DNA from: Eledone cirrhosa
Lineage: Eukaryota
Assembly: GCA_964016885.1 (NCBI GenBank)
Contig: OZ024744.1
Coordinates: forward strand, 4,216,001-4,280,000
Direction of reading: 5' to 3'
Length of the DNA: 64,000 nucleotides
Of the stretch, positions 53,101 through 64,000 are shown in pieces. Under the pieces are notes generated by a model that was not told where the DNA came from, ran no database searches, and saw only the letters and a list, made by a program, of their open reading frames with translations. The first letter of the stretch is position 1. The number at the start of each line of letters is the position of its first letter. The position numbers and the translations under genes were made by a program.

Positions 53101-56100
53101 GCTTGGTGAAGAACGAAGTTTTGTGTGAAGACAAGCTAGAGAAAGATAGCTTGGTGAAGAACGAAGTTTTGAGGGAAGACAAGGTAGAGAAAGATAGCTT
53201 GGTGAATAACGAAGTTTTGGGAGAAGACAAGGTAGAGAAAGATAGCTTGGTGAAGAACGAAGTTTTGGGGGAAGACAAGGTAGAGAAAGATAGCTTGGTG
53301 AAGAACGAAGTTTTGAGGGAAGACAAGGTAGCGAAAGATAGCTTGGTGAATAACGAAGTTTTGGGGGAAGACAAGGTAGAGAAAGATAGCTTGGTGAATA
53401 ACGAAGTTTTGGGAGAAGACAAGGTCGAGAAAGATAGCTTGGTGAAGAACGAAATTTTGAGGGAAGACAAGGTAGAGAAAGATAGCTTGGTGAAGAACGA
53501 AGTTTTGAGGGAAGACGAGGTAGAGAAAGATAGCTTGGTGAAGAACGAAGTTTTGGGGGAAGACAAGGTAGAGAAAGATAGCTTGGTGAAGAACGAAGTT
53601 TTGGGGGAAGACAAGGTAGAGAAAGATAGCTTGGTGAAGAACGACGTTTTGAGGGAAGACAAGGTCGTGAAAGATAGCTTGGTGAAGAACGAAGTTTTGG
53701 GGAAGACAATGTAGAGAAAGATAGCTTGGTGAAGAACGAAGTTTTGGGGGAAGACAAGGTAGAGAAAGATAGCTTGGTGAATAACGAAGTTTTGACGGAA
53801 GACAAGGTAGAGAAAGATAGCTTGGTGAAGAATGACGTTTTGTGGGAAGACAAGGTAGAGAAAGATAGCTTGGTGAAGAACGAAGTTTTGTATGAAGACA
53901 AGCTAGAAAAAGATAGCTTGGTGAAGAACGAAGTTTTAGGGGAAGACAAGGTAGAGAAAGATAGCTTGGTGAAGAACGAAGTTTTGGGTGAAGACAAGGT
54001 AGAGAAAGATAGCTTGGTGAAGAACGAAGTTCTGAGGGAAGACAAGGTAGAGAAAGATAGCTTGGTGAAGAACGAAGTTTTGGGAGGAGACAAGGTAGAG
54101 AAAGATATCTTGGTGAAGAACGAAGTTTTGACGGAAGACAAGGTAGAGAAAGATAGCTTGGTAAAGAATGACGTTTTGTGGGAAGACAAGGTAGAGAAAG
54201 ATAGCTTGGTGAAGAACGAAGTTTTGTGTGAAGACAAGCTAGAGAAAGATAGCTTGGTGAAGAACGAAGTTTTGAGGGAAGACAAGGTAGAGAAAGATAG
54301 CTTGGTGAATAACGAAGTTTTGGGAGAAGACAAGGTAGAGAAAGATAGCTTGCTGAAGAACGAAGTTTTGGGGGAAGACAAGGTAGAGCAAGATAGCTTG
54401 GTGAAGAACGAAGTTTTGAGGGAAGACAAGGTAGCGAAAGATAGCTTGGTGAATAACGAAGTTTTGGGGGAAGACAAGGTAGAGAAAGATAGCTTGGTGA
54501 ATAACGAAGTTTTGGGAGAAGACAAGGTCGAGAAAGATAGCTTGGTGAAGAACGAAATTTTGAGGGAAGACAAGGTAGAGAAAGATAGCTTGGTGAAGAA
54601 CGACGTTTTGAGGGAAGACAAAATAGAGAAAGATAGCTTGGTGAAGAACGACGTTTTGTGGGATGACAAGGTAGAGAAAGATGACTTGGTGAAGAACGAA
54701 GTTTTGGGGGAAGACAAGGTAGATAAAGATAGCTTGGTGAAGAACGAAGTTTTGGGGGGAGACAAGGTAGAGAAAGATAGCTTGGTGAAGAACGACGTTT
54801 TGAGGGAAGACAAGGTAGAGAAAGATAGCTTGGTGAAGAACGAAGTTTTGGGGAAGACAATGTAGAGAAAGATAGCTTGGTGAAGAACGAAGTTTTGGGG
54901 GAAGACAAGGTAGAGAAAGATAGCTTGGTGAAGAACGAAGTTCTGAGGGAAGACAAGGTAGAGAAAGATAGCTTGGTGAAGAACGACGTTTAGTGGGAAG
55001 ACAAGGTAGAAAAAGATATCTTGGTGAAGAACGAAGTTTTGACGGAAGACAAGGTAGAGAAAGAGAGCTTGCGAAGAACGAAGTTTTGGGGGAAGACAAG
55101 GTAGAGAAAGATAGCTTGGTGAAGAACGAAGTTTTGTGGGAGGACAAGGTAGAGAAAGATAGCTTGGTGAAGAACGACGTTTTGAGGGAAGACAAGGTAG
55201 AGAAAGATAGCTTGGTGAAGAACGAAGTTTTGACGGAAGACAAGGTAGAGAAAGATAGCTTGGTGAAGAATGACGTTTTGTGGGAAGACAAGGTAGAGAA
55301 AGATAGCTTGGTGAAGAACGAAGTTTTGGGGGAAGACAAGGTAGAGAAAGATAGCTTGGTGAAGAACGAAGTTTTGGGGGAAGACGAGGTAGAGAAAGAT
55401 AGCTTGGTGAACAACGAAGTTTTGGGGGAAGACAAGGTAGAGAAAGATAGCTTGGTGAAGAACGAAGTTTTGGGGGAAGACAAGGTAGAGAAAGATAGCT
55501 TGGTGAAGAACGAAGTTTTGGGGGAAGACAAGGTAGAGAAAGATAGCTTGGTGAAGAACGACGTTTTGAGGGAAGACAAGTTAGAGAAAGATAGCTTGGT
55601 GAAGAACGAAGTTTTGACGGAAGACAAGGTAGAGAAAGATAGCTTGGTGAAGAATGACGTTTTGTGGGAAGACAAGGTAGTGAAAGATAGCTTGGTGAAG
55701 AACGAAGTTTTGTATGAAGACAAGCTAGAAAAAGATAGCTTGGTGAAGAACGAAGTTTTAGGGGAAGACAAGGTAGAGAAAGATAGCTTGGTGAAGAACG
55801 AAGTTTTGGGGGAAGACAAGGTAGAGAAAGATAGATTGGTGAAGAACAAAGTTTTGGGGGAAGACAAGGTAGAGAAAGATAGCTTGGTGAAGAACGAAGT
55901 TTTGAGGGAAGACGAGGTAGAGAAAGATAGCTTGGTGAAGAACGAAGTTTTGGGGGAAGACAAGGTAGAGAAAGATAGCTTGGTGAAGAACGAAGTTTTG
56001 GGGGAAGACAAGGTAGAGAAAGATAGCTTGGTGAAGAACGACGTTTTGAGGGAAGACAAGGTCGTGAAAGATAGCTTGGTGAAGAACGAAGTTTTGGGGA

Positions 56101-58830
56101 AGACAATGTAGAGAAAGATAGCTTGGTGAAGAACGAAGTTTTGGGGGAAGACAAGGTAGAGAAAGATAGCTTGGTGAAGAACGAAGTTCTGAGGGAAGAC
56201 AAGGTAGAGAAAGATAGCTTGGTGAAGAACGAAGTTTTGGGAGGAGACAAGGTAGAGAAAGATATCTTGGTGAAGAACGAAGTTTTGACGGAAGACAAGG
56301 TAGAGAAAGATAGCTTGGTGAAGAATGACGTTTTGTGGGAAGACAAGGTAGAGAAAGATAGCTTGGTGAAGAACGAAGTTTTGTGTGAAGACAAGCTAGA
56401 GAAAGATAGCTTGGTGAAGAACGAAGTTTTGAGGGAAGACAAGGTAGAGAAAGATAGCTTGGTGAATAACGAAGTTTTGGGAGAAGACAAGGTAGAGAAA
56501 GATAGCTTGGTGAAGAACGAAGTTTTGGGGGAAGACAAGGTAGAGAAAGATAGCTTGGTGAAGAACGAAGTTTTGAGGGAAGACAAGGTAGCGAAAGATA
56601 GCTTGGTGAATAACGAAGTTTTGGGGGAAGACAAGGTAGAGAAAGATAGCTTGGTGAATAACGAAGTTTTGGGAGAAGACAAGGTCGAGAAAGATAGCTT
56701 GGTGAAGAACGAAATTTTGAGGGAAGACAAGGTAGAGAAAGATAGCTTGGTGAAGAACGACGTTTTGAGGGAAGACAAAATAGAGAAAGATAGCTTGGTG
56801 AAGAACGACGTTTTGTGGGATGACAAGGTAGAGAAAGATGACTTGGTGAAGAACGAAGTTTTGGGGGAAGACAAGGTAGATAAAGATAGCTTGGTGAAGA
56901 ACGAAGTTTTGGGGGAAGACAAGGTAGAGAAAGATAGCTTGGTGAAGAACGACGTTTTGAGGGAAGACAAGGTAGAGAAAGATAGCTTGGTGAAGAACGA
57001 AGTTTTGAGCGAAGACAAGGTAGCGAAAGATAGCTTGGTGAATAACGAAGTTTTGGGGGAAGACAAGGTAGAGAAAGATAGCTTGGTGAATAACGAAGTT
57101 TTGGGGGAAGACAAGGTAGAGAAAGATAGCTTGGTGAAGAACGAAGTTCTGAGGGAAGACAAGGTAGAGAAAGATAGCTTGGTGAAGAACGACGTTTTGT
57201 GGGAAAATAAGGTAGAGAAAGATATCTTGGTGAAGAAGGAAGTTTTGACGGAAGACAAGGTAGAGAAAGATAGCTTGCGAAGAACGAAGTTTTGGGGGAA
57301 GACAAGGTAGAGAAAGATAGCTTGGTGAAGAACGAAGTTTTGTGGGAGGACAAGGTAGAGAAAGATAGCTTGGTGAAGAACGAAGTTCTAAGGGAAGACA
57401 AGGTAGAGAAAGATAGCTTGGTGAAGAACGACGTTTTGTGGGAAGACAAGGTAGAGAAAGATATCTTGGTGAAGAAGGAAGTTTTGACGGAAGACAAGGT
57501 AGAGAAAGATAGCTTGCGAAGAACGAAGTTTTGGGGGAAGACAAGGTAGAGAAAGATAGCTTGGTGAAGAACGAAGTTTTGTGGGAGGACAAGGTAGAGA
57601 AAGATAGCTTGGTGAAGAACGACGTTTTGAGGGAAGACAAGGTAGAGAAAGATAGCTTGGTGAAGAACGAAGTTTTGACGGAAGACAAGGTAGAGAAAGA
57701 TAACTTGGTGAAGAACGAAGTTTTGAGGGAAGACAAGGTAGCGAAAGATAGCTTGGTGAATAACGAAGTTTTGGGGGAAGACAAGGTAGAGAAAGATAGC
57801 TTGGTGAATAACGAAGTTTTGGGGGAAGACAAGGTAGAGAAAGATATCTTGGTGAAGAACGAAGTTTTGACGGAAGACAAGGTAGAGAAAGAGAGCTTGC
57901 GAAGAACGAAGTTTTGGGGGAAGACAAGGTAGAGAAAGATAGCTTGGTGAAGAACGAAGTTTTGTGGGAGGACAAGGTAGAGAAAGATAGCTTGGTGAAG
58001 AACGACGTTTTGAGGGAAGACAAGGTAGAGAAAGATAGCTTGGTGAAGAACGAAGTTTTGACGGAAGACAAGGTAGAGAAAGATAGCTTGGTGAAGAATG
58101 ACGTTTTGTGGGAAGACAAGGTAGAGAAAGATAGCTTGGTGAAGAACGAAGTTTTGGGGGAAGACAAGGTAGAGAAAGATAGCTTGGTGAAGAACGAAGT
58201 TTTGGGGGAAGACGAGGTAGAGAAAGATAGCTTGGTGAACAACGAAGTTTTGGGGGAAGACAAGGTAGAGAAAGATAGCTTGGTGAAGAACGAAGTTTTG
58301 GGGGAAGACAAGGTAGAGAAAGATAGCTTGGTGAAGAACGAAGTTTTGGGGGAAGACAAGGTAGAGAAAGATAGCTTGGTGAAGAACGACGTTTTGAGGG
58401 AAGACAAGTTAGAGAAAGATAGCTTGGTGAAGAACGAAGTTTTGACGGAAGACAAGGTAGAGAAAGATAGCTTGGTGAAGAATGACGTTTTGTGGGAAGA
58501 CAAGGTAGAGAAAGATAGCTTGGTGAAGAACGAAGTTTTGTATGAAGACAAGCTAGAAAAAGATAGCTTGGTGAAGAACGAAGTTTTAGGGGAAGACAAG
58601 GTAGAGAAAGATAGCTTGGTGAAGAACGAAGTTTTGGGGGAAGACAAGGTAGAGAAAGATAGCTTGGTGAAGAACAAAGTTTTGGGGGAAGACAAGGTAG
58701 AGAAAGATAGCTTGGTGAAGAACGAAGTTTTGAGGGAAGACGAGGTAGAGAAAGATAGCTTGGTGAAGAACGAAGTTTTGGGGGAAGACAAGGTAGAGAA
58801 AGATAGCTTGGTGAAGAACGAAGTTTTGGG
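43960..58830 (+). repeat. Large block duplication, ~5.3 kb repeated at offset 9540 bp (199 monomers minus 12 nt)
   Basis: ORF pairs 44186/53726, 45453/54993, 46583/56123, 47752/57292, 47991/57531 and 48374/57914 are all 9540 apart and differ by only a few point changes. Boundaries are approximate. Confidence 0.82.
50201..56760 (+). repeat. Tandem duplication, offset 3260 bp (68 monomers minus 4 nt)
   Basis: ORF pairs 50466/53726, 51733/54993 and 52863/56123. Private variants gggggagac (~51495/54755) and gtagtgaaa (~52417/55677) each occur twice at this offset. Confidence 0.9.
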
Positions 58831-61800
58831 GAAGACAATGTAGAGAAAGATAGCTTGGTGAAGAACGAAGTTTTGGGGGAAGACAAGGTAGAGAAAGATA
58901 GCTTGGTGAAGAACGAAGTTCTGAGGGAAGACAAGGTAGAGAAAGATAGCTTGGTGAAGAACGAAGTTTTGGGAGGAGACAAGGTAGAGAAAGATATCTT
59001 GGTGAAGAACGAAGTTTTGACGGAAGACAAGGTAGAGAAAGATAGCTTGGTGAAGAATGACGTTTTGTGGGAAGACAAGGTAGAGAAAGATAGCTTGGTG
59101 AAGAACGAAGTTTTGTGTGAAGACAAGCTAGAGAAAGATAGCTTGGTGAAGAACGAAGTTTTGAGGGAAGACAAGGTAGAGAAAGATAGCTTGGTGAAGA
59201 ACGAAGTTTTGGGGGAAGACAAGGTAGAGAAAGATAGCTTGGTGAAGAACGAAGTTTTGAGGGAAGACAAGGTAGCGAAAGATAGCTTGGTGAATAACGA
59301 AGTTTTGGGGGAAGACAAGGTAGAGAAAGATAGCTTGGTGAATAACGAAGTTTTGGGAGAAGACAAGGTCGAGAAAGATAGCTTGGTGAAGAACGAAATT
59401 TTGAGGGAAGACAAGGTAGAGAAAGATAGCTTGGTGAAGAACGACGTTTTGAGGGAAGATAAAATAGAGAAAGATAGCTTGGTGAAGAACGACGTTTTGT
59501 GGGATGACAAGGTAGAGAAAGATGACTTGGTGAAGAACGAAGTTTTGGGGGAAGACAAGGTAGATAAAGATAGCTTGGTGAAGAACGAAGTTTTGGGGGA
59601 AGACAAGGTAGAGAAAGATAGCTTGGTGAAGAACGACGTTTTGAGGGAAGACAAGGTAGAGAAAGATAGCTTGGTGAAGAACGAAGTTTTGAGGGAAGAC
59701 AAGGTAGCGAAAGATAGCTTGGTGAATAACGAAGTTTTGGGGGAAGACAAGGTAGAGAAAGATAGCTTGGTGAATAACGAAGTTTTGGGGGAAGACAAGG
59801 TAGAGAAAGATAGCTTGGTGAAGAACGAAGTTCTGAGGGAAGACAAGGTAGAGAAAGATAGCTTGGTGAAGAACGACGTTTTGTGGGAAGACAAGGTAGA
59901 GAAAGATATCTTGGTGAAGAAGGAAGTTTTGACGGAAGACAAGGTAGAGAAAGATAGCTTGCGAAGAACGAAGTTTTGGGGGAAGACAAGGTAGAGAAAG
60001 ATAGCTTGGTGAAGAACGAAGTTTTGTGGGAGGACAAGGTAGAGAAAGATAGCTTGGTGAAGAACGAAGTTCTGAGGGAAGACAAGGTAGAGAAAGATAG
60101 CTTGGTGAAGAACGACGTTTTGTGGGAAGACAAGGTAGAGAAAGATATCTTGGTGAAGAAGGAAGTTTTGACGGAAGACAAGGTAGAGAAAGATAGCTTG
60201 CGAAGAACGAAGTTTTGGGGGAAGACAAGGTAGAGAAAGATAGCTTGGTGAAGAACGAAGTTTTGTGGGAGGACAAGGTAGAGAAAGATAGCTTGGTGAA
60301 GAACGACGTTTTGAGGGAAGACAAGGTAGAGAAAGATAGCTTGGTGAAGAACGAAGTTTTGACGGAAGACAAGGTAGAGAAAGATAGCTTGGTGAAGAAC
60401 GAAGTTTTGAGGGAAGACAAGGTAGCGAAAGATAGCTTGGTGAATAACGAAGTTTTGGGGGAAGACAAGGTAGAGAAAGATAGCTTGGTGAATAACGAAG
60501 TTTTGGGGGAAGACAAGGTAGAGAAAGATATCTTGGTGAAGAACGAAGTTTTGACGGAAGACAAGGTAGAGAAAGAGAGCTTGCGAAGAACGAAGTTTTG
60601 GGGGAAGACAAGGTAGAGAAAGATAGCTTGGTGAAGAACGAAGTTTTGTGGGAGGACAAGGTAGAGAAAGATAGCTTGGTGAAGAACGACGTTTTGAGGG
60701 AAGACAAGGTAGAGAAAGATAGCTTGGTGAAGAACGAAGTTTTGACGGAAGACAAGGTAGAGAAAGATAGCTTGGTGAAGAATGACGTTTTGTGGGAAGA
60801 CAAGGTAGAGAAAGATAGCTTGGTGAAGAACGAAGTTTTGGGGGAAGACAAGGTAGAGAAAGATAGCTTGGTGAAGAACGAAGTTTTGGGGGAAGACGAG
60901 GTAGAGAAAGATAGCTTGGTGAACAACGAAGTTTTGGGGGAAGACAAGGTAGAGAAAGATAGCTTGGTGAAGAACGACGTTTTGAGGGAAGACAAGGTAG
61001 AGAAAGATAGCTTGGTGAAGAACGAAGTTTTGACGGAAGACAAGGTAGAGAAAGATAGCTTGGTGAAGAACGAAGTTTTGAGGGAAGACAAGGTAGCGAA
61101 AGATAGCTTGGTGAATAACGAAGTTTTGGGGGAAGACAAGGTAGAGAAAGATAGCTTGGTGAATAACGAAGTTTTGGGGGAAGACAAGGTAGAGAAAGAT
61201 ATATTGGTGAAGAACGAAGTTTTGACGGAAGACAAGGTAGAGAAAGAGAGCTTGCGAAGAACGAAGTTTTGGGGGAAGACAAGGTAGAGAAAGATAGCTT
61301 GGTGAAGAACGAAGTTTTGTGGGAGGACAAGGTAGAGAAAGATAGCTTGGTGAAGAACGACGTTTTGAGGGAAGACAAGGTAGAGAAAGATAGCTTGGTG
61401 AAGAACGAAGTTTTGACGGAAGACAAGGTAGAGAAAGATAGCTTGGTGAAGAATGACGTTTTGTGGGAAGACAAGGTAGAGAAAGATAGCTTGGTGAAGA
61501 ACGAAGTTTTGGGGGAAGACAAGGTAGAGAAAGATAGCTTGGTGAAGAACGAAGTTTTGGGGGAAGACGAGGTAGAGAAAGATAGCTTGGTGAACAACGA
61601 AGTTTTGGGGGAAGACAAGGTAGAGAAAGATAGCTTGGTGAAGAACGAAGTTTTGGGGGAAGACAAGGTAGAGAAAGATAGCTTGGTGAAGAACGAAGTT
61701 TTGGGGGAAGACAAGGTAGAGAAAGATAGCTTGGTGAAGAACGACGTTTTGAGGGAAGACAAGTTAGAGAAAGATAGCTTGGTGAAGAACGAAGTTTTGA

Positions 61801-64000
61801 CGGAAGACAAGGTAGAGAAAGATAGCTTGGTGAAGAATGACGTTTTGTGGGAAGACAAGGTAGAGAAAGATAGCTTGGTGAAGAACGAAGTTTTGTATGA
61901 AGACAAGCTAGAAAAAGATAGCTTGGTGAAGAACGAAGTTTTAGGGGAAGACAAGGTAGAGAAAGATAGCTTGGTGAAGAACGAAGTTTTGGGGGAAGAC
62001 AAGGTAGAGAAAGATAGCTTGGTGAAGAACAAAGTTTTGGGGGAAGACAAGGTAGAGAAAGATAGCTTGGTGAAGAACGAAGTTTTGAGGGAAGACGAGG
62101 TAGAGAAAGATAGCTTGGTGAAGAACGAAGTTTTGGGGGAAGACAAGGTAGAGAAAGATAGCTTGGTGAAGAACGAAGTTTTGGGGGAAGACAAGGTAGA
62201 GAAAGATAGCTTGGTGAAGAACGACGTTTTGAGGGAAGACAAGGTCGTGAAAGATAGCTTGGTGAAGAACGAAGTTTTGGGGAAGACAATGTAGAGAAAG
62301 ATAGCTTGGTGAAGAACGAAGTTTTGGGGGAAGACAAGGTAGAGAAAGATAGCTTGGTGAAGAACGAAGTTCTGAGGGAAGACAAGGTAGAGAAAGATAG
62401 CTTGGTGAAGAACGAAGTTTTGGGAGGAGACAAGGTAGAGAAAGATATCTTGGTGAAGAATGACGTTTTGTGGGAAGACAAGGTAGAGAAAGATAGCTTG
62501 GTGAAGAACGAAGTTTTGTGTGAAGACAAGCTAGAGAAAGATAGCTTGGTGAAGAACGAAGTTTTGAGGGAAGATAAAATAGAGAAAGATAGCTTGGTGA
62601 AGAACGACGTTTTGTGGGATGACAAGGTAGAGAAAGATGACTTGGTGAAGAACGAAGTTTTGGGGGAAGACAAGGTAGATAAAGATAGCTTGGTGAAGAA
62701 CGAAGTTTTGGGGGAAGACAAGGTAGAGAAAGATAGCTTGGTGAAGAACGACGTTTTGAGGGAAGACAAGGTAGAGAAAGATAGCTTGGTGAAGAACGAA
62801 GTTTTGAGGGAAGACAAGGTAGCGAAAGATAGCTTGGTGAATAACGAAGTTTTGGGGGAAGACAAGGTAGAGAAAGATAGCTTGGTGAATAACGAAGTTT
62901 TGGGGGAAGACAAGGTAGAGAAAGATAGCTTGGTGAAGAACGAAGTTCTGAGGGAAGACAAGGTAGAGAAAGATAGCTTGGTGAAGAACGACGTTTTGTG
63001 GGAAGACAAGGTAGAGAAAGATATCTTGGTGAAGAAGGAAGTTTTGACGGAAGACAAGGTAGAGAAAGATAGCTTGCGAAGAACGAAGTTTTGGGGGAAG
63101 ACAAGGTAGAGAAAGATAGCTTGGTGAAGAACGAAGTTTTGTGGGAGGACAAGGTAGAGAAAGATAGCTTGGTGAAGAACGAAGTTCTGAGGGAAGACAA
63201 GGTAGAGAAAGATAGCTTGGTGAAGAACGACGTTTTGTGGGAAGACAAGGTAGAGAAAGATATCTTGGTGAAGAAGGAAGTTTTGAGGAAAGACAAGGTA
63301 GAGAAAGATAGCTTGCGAAGAACGAAGTTTTGGGGGAAGACAAGGTAGAGAAAGATAGCTTGGTGAAGAACGAAGTTTTGTGGGAGGACAAGGTAGAGAA
63401 AGATAGCTTGGTGAAGAACGACGTTTTGAGGGAAGACAAGGTAGAGAAAGATAGCTTGGTGAAGAACGAAGTTTTGACGGAAGACAAGGTAGAGAAAGAT
63501 AGCTTGGTGAAGAACGAAGTTTTGAGGGAAGACAAGGTAGCGAAAGATAGCTTGGTGAATAACGAAGTTTTGGGGGAAGACAAGGTAGAGAAAGATAGCT
63601 TGGTGAATAACGAAGTTTTGGGGGAAGACAAGGTAGAGAAAGATATCTTGGTGAAGAACGAAGTTTTGACGGAAGACAAGGTAGAGAAAGAGAGCTTGCG
63701 AAGAACGAAGTTTTGGGAGAAGACAAGGTCGAGAAAGATAGCTTGGTGAAGAACGAAATTTTGAGGGAAGACAAGGTAGAGAAAGATAGCTTGGTGAAGA
63801 ACGAAGTTTTGTGGGAGGACAAGGTAGAGAAAGATAGCTTGGTGAAGAACGACGTTTTGAGGGAAGACAAGGTAGAGAAAGATAGCTTGGTGAAGAACGA
63901 AGTTTTGACGGAAGACAAGGTAGAGAAAGATAGCTTGGTGAAGAATGACGTTTTGTGGGAAGACAAGGTAGAGAAAGATAGCTTGGTGAAGAACGAAGTT

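Larger units (their letters stand above)
8..63749 (+). other. Fragmented reading frame for a 16-aa charged repeat (EDKVEKDSLVKNEVL[G/R/W/T/Y/C])n; not supported as an intact CDS
   Basis: One + frame of the monomer has no stop codon. It is broken by 87 one-base deletions and about 25 in-frame stops, and the longest piece is 533 aa. There is no unique N- or C-terminal domain, and the ORF starts are TTG/GTG codons internal to the repeat. Confidence refers to a coding origin or function. Confidence 0.15.
1..64000 (+). repeat. 48-bp tandem repeat (satellite) array, ~1,334 monomers, single orientation, extending beyond both window edges
   Basis: Every line matches the consensus GAAGACAAGGTAGAGAAAGATAGCTTGGTGAAGAACGAAGTTTTGGGG with a few substitutions per unit. 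A monomer starts at 14 and another at 63959: 63,945 + 87 counted 1-bp deletions = 64,032 = 1,334 x 48. Consensus composition is A18 G18 T9 C3. Confidence 0.99.

Noticed and set aside
8-63749. A single giant + strand protein broken only by sequencing errors
   Set aside because: Frameshifts and stops recur at fixed HOR positions with linked substitutions, which random error would not produce.
1975-63966. Long minus-strand ORFs as real genes (extensin-, mucin- or membrane-protein-like)
   Set aside because: They follow automatically from a stop-free reverse complement, overlap in all frames, start at TTG codons inside the repeat, and lack SPPPP motifs or any unique domain.
1-64000. CRISPR array
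   Set aside because: Units are directly adjacent with no unique spacers, and there is no leader or cas gene.
1-64000. Identity with the human 48-bp centromeric (CER/D22Z3) repeat or with telomeric repeats
   Set aside because: Only the unit length coincides. From memory the CER sequence is not similar, and TTTTGGGG occurs once per unit rather than in tandem. A database search is still needed.
1-64000. Nucleosome-scale periodicity (3 x 48 = 144 or 4 x 48 = 192 bp)
   Set aside because: Variant patterns show no consistent trimer or tetramer period, so there is nothing beyond arithmetic to support it.

Overview
The whole 64 kb window is one uninterrupted, head-to-tail tandem array of a 48-bp monomer, consensus GAAGACAAGGTAGAGAAAGATAGCTTGGTGAAGAACGAAGTTTTGGGG. 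I see no unique sequence, inversion, transposon, RNA gene or CRISPR spacer, and the array runs off both ends. Positions 14-63958 (63,945 bp) fit exactly 1,334 monomers if 87 are 47 bp long, which matches my count of two recurrent 1-bp-deletion alleles (42 + 45). The monomer is 16 codons with one open + frame (EDKVEKDSLVKNEVLG) and three open - frames. This explains every ORF in the track. Amplified frameshifts and stops argue that the array is now non-coding satellite DNA, possibly derived from a coding repeat. The informative structure is the ordered pattern of monomer variants: a core higher-order repeat (HOR) of about 45-50 monomers (2157-2397 bp), recent near-perfect duplications at offsets of 2.35-9.54 kb, a variant-set switch near 17.2 kb, and a more diverged first ~560 bp. 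I cannot assign the organism or a known satellite family, and I found no supportable new protein-coding system.
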